DNA of 64,000 nucleotides from Longimicrobiales bacterium (GTDB taxonomy: Bacteria; Gemmatimonadota; Gemmatimonadetes; Longimicrobiales; Gaopeijiaceae). The stretch is from the NCBI GenBank assembly GCA_965249725.1, contig CBDFMQ010000002.1, forward strand, positions 2,432,001 through 2,496,000, read 5' to 3'. Positions within the stretch are counted from its first letter, which is position 1; every line of letters starts with the position of its first letter. Positions 9,129 to 18,312 of the stretch are shown one piece after another. The position numbers and the translations under genes are program-made. The notes under the pieces were generated by a model that ran no database searches, was not told the origin of the DNA, and worked only from the letters and a program-made list of their open reading frames with translations.

Positions 9129-10547
9129 TCAGCGGATCTGCTGTGGCTGATCCGGGCTCTGGTCCCAGTTCTGCGCGCTCGAGATGTTCGGCATGTTCCA
9201 GTCGTTTCCGTTCCAACCCTCGAATCCGTCGAGCCTGAACGCCCAGAAGCCGGTGTTGAGATCGCTCACCACGATGAGTCCATCCGCGTCCCGAATGTCG
9301 ATCCCCCAAGCGCCGTCGTAGATGTTGCCAGTGGTGGCCTGGCTCGGCCGTTGGCCGTTCCCATAGAGCATGGGACCGATGCGTGTGTTGTAGTACCCGA
9401 CCGTGTAGGGGTGCGAGGGGTCGGCCATGTTGACGATCTGCAGCCCGTCGTCCTGGGCCGAGATGAACACGTAGGGCCACCGGATCTCATGGTTGTGGGT
9501 CGAGCCCCCGAACTTGGCGATCCAGGCTCCGATGCCGGACCCCCTCACGATGTTCGGAGTCTGCCCCTCCGATCCCTCGGGCCGTAGGTCGAAGAAGCGG
9601 ACCGGTGAGTGCTGGTAGGTGGGCTCGGGCATACCGAGTCCGTAGCGCCCGTCCGGCGTGGGCGTGAACGTGTGCCCGTTCTCCACGCCGGGTACGCCCG
9701 TGACGGAGGTTAGGAGACGAGGATTCTCCACGTCCGTCATGTCGTAGACGTGGAAGCCTCCCGTGCCGGCACCGTAGAAGCGGTCCTGTCCGGCGTCGGG
9801 CAGGAACCCGACGTACATGTCGTGCCACTGGCGGGTGCGCGACCCGGAGGGCTGAGGAACGGAGATCGCCGAAACGGGGTCGAGATTACCTGATGCGAGT
9901 TGGGCGATATCGTAGATAAAGGCATCCTCCGACTGGGTCGTCGCCAACAACAGAGACCTTCCGTTGGAATGCCGGTACGTGTAGACGTTGTGGAAGCCCC
10001 CCGGAAGATCGGGCAGCCTGAGCTCCGCGACCTTCCGAACTGTCGACGCGTCCGGCAGTCCGGTCACGTCGAAGATCATCGCACCGAGATCGAAGTCCGG
10101 ACCGCCCTGGCCGAACTGGCAAGAGACGATCACGTAGTAACGGCCCTCGGCCTTGGCGTACTTGATGTCCACGCATCCGGTGCCGAGGTGGAGGTCCGGG
10201 TCGTCCACGGTATACCGATAGAGGACCTCGGGGTGAGCCTCATCCTCGAGGCTGATCGCGTAGAACCCCGACGCTCCGAACCGCTGAGAGATGTAGGCAA
10301 ACGGGCGATCCATCTCCTGCTCGATCTCGATGTCGGCGTGGCTGAAGATCACCCCCGGTAAGGGTTGGTGTGAGACGACCTCGATGTTCGGCGTGCCCGG
10401 CCTGCCCACGGGATAGCCCGTCTCCGGCTGGACGCAGGTCGGATCGCCGAAGCAAGTCACTTGCGCCGACGTGCCGGACGGCGACCAGCCGACAACGATC
10501 GCCGCCAACGCGAGTGTGAACCACAAAGGTGGTGTTCGGTGGTGCAT
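9129..10547 (-). CDS. Secreted LVIVD-like beta-propeller protein, copy 4
   Basis: Start moved to MHHRTPP (10547) by alignment with the paralogs and GGAG RBS; signal peptide TSA-Q. Confidence 0.75.
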   Translation of the reverse strand: MHHRTPPLWFTLALAAIVVGWSPSGTSAQVTCFGDPTCVQPETGYPVGRPGTPNIEVVSHQPLPGVIFSHADIEIEQEMDRPFAYISQRFGASGFYAISLEDEAHPEVLYRYTVDDPDLHLGTGCVDIKYAKAEGRYYVIVSCQFGQGGPDFDLGAMIFDVTGLPDASTVRKVAELRLPDLPGGFHNVYTYRHSNGRSLLLATTQSEDAFIYDIAQLASGNLDPVSAISVPQPSGSRTRQWHDMYVGFLPDAGQDRFYGAGTGGFHVYDMTDVENPRLLTSVTGVPGVENGHTFTPTPDGRYGLGMPEPTYQHSPVRFFDLRPEGSEGQTPNIVRGSGIGAWIAKFGGSTHNHEIRWPYVFISAQDDGLQIVNMADPSHPYTVGYYNTRIGPMLYGNGQRPSQATTGNIYDGAWGIDIRDADGLIVVSDLNTGFWAFRLDGFEGWNGNDWNMPNISSAQNWDQSPDQPQQIR

Positions 10548-10709
10548 GGATTGCTCCAAGAAAAACAAGCGAGAGGTCTTCGAAGTTGCCGTCCTTACAG
10601 AGACGGCTGAACACGAAACACATGTTCGCACGTGTCCGCCCGTTCAGCCGTCTCTCTGTACCCTAGGAAGTGCCTGGCGAGCAGGCACCAACCCTACGCG
10701 TCCGGTGAC

Positions 10710-11312
10710 CTATAGATTCGGAACGAAAGTAAGCCCTACGCTCAGGCTCGTGTCGTACTGCGTTCCCTCGCCGGTGCTGGTTCGTCCGTAGAACCACTTC
10801 GAGCCCTCGACGAAACCCTCGAAGGATGAATCCGAAAGCGGAAGCGCGAGGCCGCCGCCCACACGACCGGCAACCTCGGAGAACTTGTAGTTCCTGCTGG
10901 GAGCCGTCCGATCGACCGTCACCATGCCACCACCCGCGATGAGGTAGGGGATTACCCCCGACACAGGAAAGCGGGCCTCCACCGCCGCGCCGTAGTAGAT
11001 GCGGTTAAAGTCCACCCCCTCGCCCGCCAAGACAGTGGTTTCTTGACCGCTACTCCACGCTTTCGACACGTCGCCGCGGACCGCCACGTTCGGGCTCATC
11101 CGGAACCTCAGCGTCGCGCCGATGTGGTACGCTGCGTCGAACTCGGTATCTCGAAACACGTCGAAGCCTCCGGGATCGGTCGTAAAGCCCCCGAAGCCGC
11201 TGAACCCAACCACGGTGCCGGGGGTCTGAGCCATCAGGGGCGACACGGAGGCACCAAACGCGACCACCACGAGGGCTGCGAAGCCCGCCCTGGTTCTGCA
11301 TGTAAAGTTCAT
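10710..11312 (-). CDS. Small outer-membrane beta-barrel protein (OmpA-TM/porin-like)
   Basis: Signal peptide ending LMA-Q; alternating amphipathic strands (PYLIAGGG, RVGGGLAL, SLSVGLTF). Confidence 0.75.
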   Translation of the reverse strand: MNFTCRTRAGFAALVVVAFGASVSPLMAQTPGTVVGFSGFGGFTTDPGGFDVFRDTEFDAAYHIGATLRFRMSPNVAVRGDVSKAWSSGQETTVLAGEGVDFNRIYYGAAVEARFPVSGVIPYLIAGGGMVTVDRTAPSRNYKFSEVAGRVGGGLALPLSDSSFEGFVEGSKWFYGRTSTGEGTQYDTSLSVGLTFVPNL

Positions 11313-11367
11313 TTCGTCTACTCTCGTTTCACGGGAGCCTAAGGGGAGTCGGCGACTTCTCACTTTC

Positions 11368-12813
11368 TCAGTTGACGTCCCACCATACCGGCGTGGTGGG
11401 GCTGTCCCCCCCCTGCCGGGCTATCGCCTCAGCCAAGTTGGACTTGTTCAGATCTTCCTCGTTCGACGGATAAGGCGCCCGTAACGGGACCATGGGCTCG
11501 ACCGCTGCCGGTCCCGGCACCAAAGCGGGAATGCCCGTCCGACGGTAGTTCGCCCACGCTTCCATCCCGTTGTCGAACAGCGCGATCCACTTCTGGAACG
11601 CGATTTGCTCACTCCACGACGCAGGATCGTACTGGATGCGTGGCTGCGCCAAGTAATCGTCGATCTGTGCCTCCGGCACCTCGATTCGGGTCATCGCGGC
11701 ACGGATCCCGTCATGGTAGAACTCGGCCGGGTCTCCGGCGATCCACCCTCGGGCGGCCGCCTCGGCCTTGAGGAAGAGGACCTCTTCCAGTGTCATGAGC
11801 CACGTCGGCCGATCCGCCTCCTGGAACCACAAGCCCATGCGGGAAAGGCTTTCGAACGCAAGTCCGTGGGTGTCCGGCGTACCGTTGTCCTTCCCGACGT
11901 AGGTGTCGGTCTCGAAGGCCGCCTGGTACAACACGGCGATTCGGGGATCGTTTGTGCTCTTGAGCGAATCCGTCAGTGTGAGGCTGGCCCGGTAATCGTT
12001 GGGCCGGTTCCGGAAATACTCGGACCAGGGCTGCTCGTTGGGTGGCGCCCCGGGGTACTTCAGCGAGGCCGCTTGACCGGCATCGGTAATCGTCCCGTCC
12101 AGCACCGCCGACGCCACTACGGACTGAGCCCGCCCTGGATCGACTTCCGTCAGGCGCATGCCTGCCCGGAGGCGCACAGAGTTGGCAAAGCGTCGCCACG
12201 CCTCCATGTCCCCCTCATACAGGATGTCGAAGGCCGGGGCGGAGAAGAGGCTCTGCGAGGTCGTGATCATGTCCTGCGCCGACTTCAGGTCGCCGAGAAT
12301 GGCGTCGTAGATGGCGGCCTGGGCATCGTACACCGGGGATATGGGTCCGTCGGTACCCTGGGCCGACTGGGAGAAGGGGATGTCGCCCCAGATATCGGTC
12401 ATCACCTGGAACATCCACGACCTGTATATGAGCCCCACCGCCTCCACGTTGGGCCGCTGTTGCTCCCGACCCTGCTCGACCACTGCTTGAATGTCGACCA
12501 CTGGTCCGAGCCAGAACGCCTCCCAGCGGCCGTCGGAGAAGGTGGCCGGCATCTCATACCGGTCGTCATATCCGTAGTCGAGCGAAGCGTAGTGCTGCAC
12601 CCAAGGGCTAGCCCAGTCCATGCTGACCGATCTCTGGCCCAGCACCGTGTTCACGCTCTCCTGAATCAGTGCCGGCATCAGGAACTGCGCGTCCACCACC
12701 TCGGGGGCGTTGGGGTTCCGATTGACCTCGGTCAGGCTGTCCGTATCACATCCCGCCGAGAGCCCGACCACGAGGGCAAGGCCCAAAGCCGTGACTCCTC
12801 TTGTTGTATTCAT
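11368..12813 (-). CDS. susD: SusD/RagB-family outer-membrane lipoprotein
   Basis: Lipobox LSAGC then D...NRNPN; TDIWGDIPFS, WRRFANSVRLR, EVLFLKAEAAARGW, QKWIALF, EAWANYRRTG, VWWDV. Start MNTTRG. Confidence 0.92.
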   Translation of the reverse strand: MNTTRGVTALGLALVVGLSAGCDTDSLTEVNRNPNAPEVVDAQFLMPALIQESVNTVLGQRSVSMDWASPWVQHYASLDYGYDDRYEMPATFSDGRWEAFWLGPVVDIQAVVEQGREQQRPNVEAVGLIYRSWMFQVMTDIWGDIPFSQSAQGTDGPISPVYDAQAAIYDAILGDLKSAQDMITTSQSLFSAPAFDILYEGDMEAWRRFANSVRLRAGMRLTEVDPGRAQSVVASAVLDGTITDAGQAASLKYPGAPPNEQPWSEYFRNRPNDYRASLTLTDSLKSTNDPRIAVLYQAAFETDTYVGKDNGTPDTHGLAFESLSRMGLWFQEADRPTWLMTLEEVLFLKAEAAARGWIAGDPAEFYHDGIRAAMTRIEVPEAQIDDYLAQPRIQYDPASWSEQIAFQKWIALFDNGMEAWANYRRTGIPALVPGPAAVEPMVPLRAPYPSNEEDLNKSNLAEAIARQGGDSPTTPVWWDVN

Positions 12814-12893
12814 CCGTCTGCTCCGATTTTCAGGCGATCTCGGCTCGTTCGTTGAGGCACTGGTGCCTCTCGTTTCCCTCCGTTCGCCGCAGC

Positions 12894-15800
12894 TCATCGG
12901 AAGCTCACCGTGAACCCGATGCTCCGGGGAGTCGGGTTCAGGAACAGCTCCATCCCCTGGGCGTTCCCGCTGCTCGAGGTGAGCTCGGGGTCGATGTGCG
13001 GCACGTCGCTGAAGGCCAGGAGGTCCCGCCCCACGATCGCGATGCGGCCGCTCGAGACGGGCATCCTCCGGATGAGGGCCTCGGGGAAGGCGAAGCTCAA
13101 GGCTACCTCACGGAGCTTGACGAAGCTCGCGTCGTGCATGACGCGTTCATAGGCGTCGCTGTAGAGGTTCCGCCAGTACACCGTCAAGGGCAGGCCAACG
13201 TCGTTCGGCGTGCCGTCGGGCTTCACCCCTTCGTGCACGAGCGAGAAGGTCTCGCGTCCTGCCAGGGTCTCGATGAGCTGGCCGGTCCGCCGCTGGATCG
13301 CACAGGTCTGGCAGAAGATGTCCCCGCCTTTACGGACATCCAGCAGAACGGTGAGGTTCAGCCCGTGATAGCTGAAGGTGTTCCGGATGCCGGCCATCCA
13401 GTCCGCCTGGAAGTTCCCCAAGACCTGCTTCGTGTCCGTAGGGATCACGCGTCCGTCAAAGCCCACCATGACCCGGCCCTGGGCGTCCCTTTGGGACACC
13501 TGCCCCATCATGGTGCCGTAGGGCTCGCCGACCCGCGCCTCGACCGTTGCGCCGCGGCCCCCGCCGAGCACGATGGTCTCCAAACCTTCGGTGAGAGAGA
13601 TCACCTTGCTTTTGTTCGTCGACCAGTTCGTCTGGGTCGTCCAGGTCAGCCCGTTCACGTTGCGAAGGATGTCGAGGCCGAGCACCAGCTCGACGCCCTT
13701 GTTCTGCACCTCGCCCGCGTTCAGTAGGCGCTGGGCATATCCCGTGGTGTGGGAGATGTCCACGGGGAGGATCTGGTCGCTCGTGTTCGTCTTGTAGTAC
13801 GTCAGATCTATCATTCCGCGATCGTTGGCGAAGCGCAGCTCGGTGCCGACCTCGAAAGAGATGGTCTCCTCCGGCCGGAGTTCGCTGTTCGCGAGCTGGT
13901 TCGGGTGGGTAAAGCTGGGCGTGGACTCCCAGAACGGGCCTTGGCTGAAGACCGAGAGGAGCTGGAACGGTGCGGCTGCCGCGCCCACCTTCGCCCAACT
14001 TCCCCTGAGCTTGGCATAGGAGATAAGCTCGGGAAGCTCCAACACGTCACTCAGAACCAGGCTGCTCGACACCGAGGGGTAGAAGTACGAGTTGTTGTCC
14101 GCAGGGAGGGTCGACGACCAGTCTTTTCGGCCGGTTACATCGATGAAGGCCCAGCTCCGGTAGGAGAGCGTGGCCAGGCCATATAGGGAGTTCACGTGCT
14201 CCTCACCGAGGTACTGGTTCACGATCGGTGGTCCCGCGGAGTTCCCGACGTTGTATAGGCCCGGTACGTTCAGGCGCTCAACGTGCGTCAAGTTTTCGTC
14301 AACCAGGTTCCGCCGGATGTTGCCTCCAGCCCGGGCCGTGATCTGCACGTCGTCGGTCGGGTTGACATCCGCGGTGATCAGAAACTCGGCATTCGTTTCC
14401 TGCCGGTAGACCTTGTTGTTGATGAACTCACCCTCGGGATGTATCAGGCTGGCTGCCGGATGCTGCTCGAACCGCCGATGCGCCGACCAGTCCGTGCCGG
14501 CCCGGCCCATGGCGCTCAACCACCCGTTGAACTGGTACTCCCCCCTGATATGGCCGATGAATCGGTCCCGCGTGTCGTTGGTGGTCCGCTCCGAGGTGGT
14601 GTAATAAGGGCTGTCGAAGAAGTTGTGGTTCCAGTTCGGAATCCGGTCTTCCGGATGTCCGCTACGGGGGGTTTCACCCGTTTCCTTCCAAGCCTCGTAT
14701 GCACGCTTCAGCCGGTCGGTATCGTTCTGACGCTGCCAGTAGCTCAGGTTGATCGCAATGCTCTCAGGGAATCCCCGGAAGCGGGGGCGGTTCGACCCCT
14801 CGGTCTTGATGTAGCTGCCGGCACCGGTGACGCTCAGCCTATCCGTGAGGTCCAGACCACCGGCCAGGTTGAAGGTCTGACGCTTGAGCCCCGAGGTATG
14901 AACGAGCCCCGCCGCGTCCATCACAGTCGCGGAGAAACGGACGTGTCTGCCCTCTCCGGCCGCGGAAACGGCCAGGTTGGTGGTGGAGTTGTGTCCCGTC
15001 TCGAACATCTTGCGGGGACTGTAGGGACTGGGCAGGAACGCCTGTGGGTTCTCGTCCCACCACTGCGAGTACAACGTGCCGTCCATCGCCGGACCCCAAC
15101 TCTCGTCGGTGGCGTCGTTGAAGCCCGCCCCGGCGCCGTTCACCCAGTTGTAGCCGGCGGGCGTCTGGCCGCCGCCGTACAGGTTCTGCAACGTCGGCAT
15201 CTTGGCAGGAGTGCTAAAGGTGATTCCGGTGCTTCCCTCGACCTGGAAGCCGCTGGCCCTGGACCCGTTCTTGGTCGTGATGAGAATCACGCCGTTGGCC
15301 GCCCGGGAGCCGTACAGTGCTGCCGCGTTGGCGCCCTTGAGAATGGTGACGTCCTGGACGTCCGCGGGATTCAAGTCTTGAATCCCGTTTCCGTAGTCGA
15401 CTCCGCCGGCGCCCAGGTAGGTCACGCCGAAGTTCCCCGTACAGCCGGTGTTGCACTCGGCGTTGGAGCTGTTATCCACCGGGACCCCGTCCACGATGAA
15501 GAGGACCTGGTTGCCCCCGGAGATGGAGTTGAAGCCCCGGAGCACGACGCTCGAGGAGCCGCCAACGGGCCCCAGGTTCTTCACCACCAGACCCGCCGCC
15601 TTTCCCGCCAAGGTCGCAGAAATGTTATCCGTTGGCACCTCGCTGATAGTCGATCCGCGGATGTTGTCCACCGCATAACCGAGGCCCCGCTCATCCCGGC
15701 TGATGCCGAGAGCCGTGACGACCACGCCCTCGATTTCGATGGCCGAGAGGTCGAGGACGAAGTTGACAGGGACCGTCTGGCCAGCCTGAACCGTCACCTC

Positions 15801-16076
15801 TTGGCTTACGGTGGCGTACCCGATCAACTGAGCTGTGATCGTGTGAGTTCCGGCCGGCACACTCTGGATGACGTACCGACCGGTCCTGTTGGTCAGGGCC
15901 CCCATTTGCACGTCTGCGATCGATACCTGGCCACCCTCCAGCCCGATACCATCCGAGCCGGTGACGCTACCACTGATGATGCCCGTCTGTTGTGCCTCTA
16001 TGCCCTGGGGCAAACAGAAGACAAGAGTCGCCACCACTACTGCCAATGCTGTCAGCTGACCAATGTTCGAACGCAT
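12894..16076 (-). CDS. susC: SusC/RagA-family TonB-dependent outer-membrane transporter
   Basis: N-terminal carboxypeptidase-regulatory-like domain, VVVTALGISR, plug signature ILKGANAAALYGSRAANGVILITTK, SFVKLREV near the C-terminus; RBS AAGGAGG before ATG 16076. Confidence 0.95.
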   Translation of the reverse strand: MRSNIGQLTALAVVVATLVFCLPQGIEAQQTGIISGSVTGSDGIGLEGGQVSIADVQMGALTNRTGRYVIQSVPAGTHTITAQLIGYATVSQEVTVQAGQTVPVNFVLDLSAIEIEGVVVTALGISRDERGLGYAVDNIRGSTISEVPTDNISATLAGKAAGLVVKNLGPVGGSSSVVLRGFNSISGGNQVLFIVDGVPVDNSSNAECNTGCTGNFGVTYLGAGGVDYGNGIQDLNPADVQDVTILKGANAAALYGSRAANGVILITTKNGSRASGFQVEGSTGITFSTPAKMPTLQNLYGGGQTPAGYNWVNGAGAGFNDATDESWGPAMDGTLYSQWWDENPQAFLPSPYSPRKMFETGHNSTTNLAVSAAGEGRHVRFSATVMDAAGLVHTSGLKRQTFNLAGGLDLTDRLSVTGAGSYIKTEGSNRPRFRGFPESIAINLSYWQRQNDTDRLKRAYEAWKETGETPRSGHPEDRIPNWNHNFFDSPYYTTSERTTNDTRDRFIGHIRGEYQFNGWLSAMGRAGTDWSAHRRFEQHPAASLIHPEGEFINNKVYRQETNAEFLITADVNPTDDVQITARAGGNIRRNLVDENLTHVERLNVPGLYNVGNSAGPPIVNQYLGEEHVNSLYGLATLSYRSWAFIDVTGRKDWSSTLPADNNSYFYPSVSSSLVLSDVLELPELISYAKLRGSWAKVGAAAAPFQLLSVFSQGPFWESTPSFTHPNQLANSELRPEETISFEVGTELRFANDRGMIDLTYYKTNTSDQILPVDISHTTGYAQRLLNAGEVQNKGVELVLGLDILRNVNGLTWTTQTNWSTNKSKVISLTEGLETIVLGGGRGATVEARVGEPYGTMMGQVSQRDAQGRVMVGFDGRVIPTDTKQVLGNFQADWMAGIRNTFSYHGLNLTVLLDVRKGGDIFCQTCAIQRRTGQLIETLAGRETFSLVHEGVKPDGTPNDVGLPLTVYWRNLYSDAYERVMHDASFVKLREVALSFAFPEALIRRMPVSSGRIAIVGRDLLAFSDVPHIDPELTSSSGNAQGMELFLNPTPRSIGFTVSFR

Positions 16077-16167
16077 CTGAACCTCCTTGAACGATTCGCC
16101 CTGAACGATTCGCGTGTGGCGCCCCCTGGCGCCTTGATACAGTCGTTGAGAATGCCAAGGCCCCGGA

Positions 16168-16229
16168 TACGACCAAGATCCTACATGCATACACTACAAA
16201 CGACGTATCACATACTACAAACGACGTAT
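16168..16229. promoter_or_regulatory. Three tandem operator-like boxes upstream of susC, including a perfect 16-bp direct repeat at 21-bp period
   Basis: TACGACCAAGATCCTA (16168), CACTACAAACGACGTA (16192), TACTACAAACGACGTA (16213); AT-rich relative to the flanks. Confidence 0.65.
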
Positions 16230-16380
16230 ACGGTCGGGGCGAGGTTGTCAAGGACGGCGGAGGCCTGGCCGGGGCTGCGGAGCAACATCGTCCGGAAGGA
16301 GCCGGCCGTTGCCAGGCCTGCTTTAGAGGAGGTGCGCCGCCTGGCAGCGCGGGAGAAACGGCCAGTCGCGGTAGCCCTCG

Positions 16381-16848
16381 CTACTGATCCGGTAGTCCCT
16401 TGCTGTTGATCTCGATCACCCCTCTCGGGTATCCCATCCCGAATCTGACGCCCGCCGGCCCGGGGCCCCAGAACCGAAGCCCACCGATTTGCATCGCGCT
16501 CACGGTCCAAAGGTAGTCGATCCCGCCCACGAACTGACCGTCCACGAAGACGTCTGCGTACCTCGACGTTCGATCGGTGATGGAGTTGACCCCGCGGGTC
16601 CGCAACCACTGGGGCCGGAGCACCTCGATGATCTCGTAGGCAGAGTGGAACTCGATCTGGTCGATTTCGTACTCCGAGATCCAGTTGGGGTCTGGGGGGT
16701 CTTTCGCCGAGCCGGTTTCCTCGGTCCGACTCGTAGGTGAGGCGCCCGGATGGAGAGGGGCGCAACCCATCAAAAAGGGGAGAGATGCAAGAAGGACGGT
16801 CGCAATCACCGCGGTCCGAAAAACTCCACTGCTGGTGCGATTGTCCAT
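16381..16848 (-). CDS. Lipoprotein consisting of a stand-alone TonB-receptor plug-like domain
   Basis: Lipobox FLMGC; ISEYEI...SAYEIIEVLRP, VFVDG, IGGLRFW...AGVRFG...GVIEINSK parallel the plug signature; no barrel follows. Confidence 0.7.
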   Translation of the reverse strand: MDNRTSSGVFRTAVIATVLLASLPFLMGCAPLHPGASPTSRTEETGSAKDPPDPNWISEYEIDQIEFHSAYEIIEVLRPQWLRTRGVNSITDRTSRYADVFVDGQFVGGIDYLWTVSAMQIGGLRFWGPGPAGVRFGMGYPRGVIEINSKGLPDQ

Positions 16849-17123
16849 TGGAGAGGGCGACGGGAAGCATACGCATGCCAACACGAATGATATATAGCCG
16901 TGGCACACCCGTCCGTCCAGCAAGCTGTCCGCCGAGAAAAGCCTTTGCGCACCGCAATACCGGCGAGAGCACGCATCCACGGGTATCTCGTGGCCGTCCA
17001 TCCCCGGCGTGTTAGTAGGTTGTCCAGATGGTACCTGCCCGCGCAGGCAGAAACGCCTGCGTACTCCACACTGCCCTCTGGCGCTCGGCCGACGGCCCCC
17101 ATAGGCTTGGCAAAAGCCCGTCG

Positions 17124-17139
17124 TACGACAAAAGAACTA
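17124..17139. promoter_or_regulatory. Candidate operator box TACGACAAAAGAACTA upstream of the TAXI-TRAP operon
   Basis: 13/16 identical to the box at 3869-3884. Confidence 0.5.
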
Positions 17140-17232
17140 TCGGTCACCAGGAGCTTGCCAGGCGTCGTCGCTCAGGGGTTGTGAGGAGCGTGCGGCAACG
17201 CCGATTGCCTATGCGGCGGGTCGGGTCGCAAG

Positions 17233-18312
17233 ATGGCTCGACTCTTAGCCCAGCCGACCCCACCCGTCGAGATCCAAGTGTCGGTAAACTCTACATCCAT
17301 AGCTAGCCCTCCACGTCGCCGCCTGGCGCATCAGGCGGGACCGACCGTGATCGCCGCACTGCTGTCCGTCTTGGCCACTGCGGCATGTAACGACGCCCAG
17401 TCCCCCAGCCCCCCCCGCATGAACCTCATCACCGGGAGCACGGGGAGCAGTTGGTATCGGATCGGGGCGGCCATCGCGGAACGCGCCAACCAGGGGTTCG
17501 ACGGCCATCCCATCTCGACGCTCCCGGGAGCCGGGGGCGTCTCGAATCCGGCCAGGGTCGGGCTCGTGCCGGGCGACCTCGGCATGGCGTTTCTCCCCTT
17601 CATGCGAGCGGCCCACCGGGGCGATCCTCCGTTTCAGAGGGCGTTTCCCGACCTCCGCCACGTCGCCACACTCACGCAGAACAAGTTCCACGTGATCGTC
17701 TCCGAGGGGTCGCCCCTCACGAGCCTCGACGACATTCGGACGGGGCGTCTCTCCGTCCGCATCGGGACCGGACCGCCTGGCTCGGGCGAGGAGTTCCTCC
17801 TCCGGGAGAGCCTTCGTGGGTACGGCATGAGCTACGACGATATCCGCGACTGGGGCGGACGCCTGGACCTGATGGGATCGGTGGAGCGGACCGATCAGTT
17901 CAGGGACCATCACATGGACCTGATCATCTTCAACATCAACGAACCCGCCTCGATCGTCACCCAGCTCATGCTGACGCGCCCCACCCGGTTCCTGTCGATC
18001 TCGGACGAGGTCCGCCGGGAGTTGGAGCGCGGGTGGCGAGTGAAGGTGCTGGACATCCCGGCCAACACGTATCCCGGTCAGACCGAGGCGGTAGGCACCG
18101 TGGGGCTCGTCTTCGGGATCTTCACGACGGCAGAGGTCAGTGAGGACATCGTTTACCATCTGACCCGGACCATCGCCGAGGACAAGGACTATCTGGAGAC
18201 GGTCCACCCCGGGTTCCGGAGCTGGGAACCCCGGGACATGGTCGAGAACGCAGATGTCCCGACGCACCCCGGGGCGCTGCGCTACTACGCGGAACGCGGT
18301 TGGATCGACTAG
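17233..18312 (+). CDS. TAXI-family TRAP transporter solute-binding lipoprotein
   Basis: TGSTGSSWYRIGAAIA, GGVSN, GPPGSG, IPANTYPGQ, VYHLTRTI, HPGALRYYAE; lipobox ATAAC; true start uncertain, possibly a downstream GTG. Confidence 0.9.
   Translation: MARLLAQPTPPVEIQVSVNSTSIASPPRRRLAHQAGPTVIAALLSVLATAACNDAQSPSPPRMNLITGSTGSSWYRIGAAIAERANQGFDGHPISTLPGAGGVSNPARVGLVPGDLGMAFLPFMRAAHRGDPPFQRAFPDLRHVATLTQNKFHVIVSEGSPLTSLDDIRTGRLSVRIGTGPPGSGEEFLLRESLRGYGMSYDDIRDWGGRLDLMGSVERTDQFRDHHMDLIIFNINEPASIVTQLMLTRPTRFLSISDEVRRELERGWRVKVLDIPANTYPGQTEAVGTVGLVFGIFTTAEVSEDIVYHLTRTIAEDKDYLETVHPGFRSWEPRDMVENADVPTHPGALRYYAERGWID

Noticed and set aside
4619..10547. Diversity-generating retroelement or invertible cassette system behind paralog variation
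   Set aside because: No reverse transcriptase, recombinase or template repeat in the window; differences are not adenine-specific; every copy has its own RBS and signal peptide.
16190..16230. Replication iterons or mini-CRISPR
   Set aside because: Only two perfect units and no rep or cas gene; better explained as operator boxes.
14283..16409. 708-aa plus-strand ORF (and 11605-12855, 12801-13727)
   Set aside because: Antisense shadows of susC and susD.
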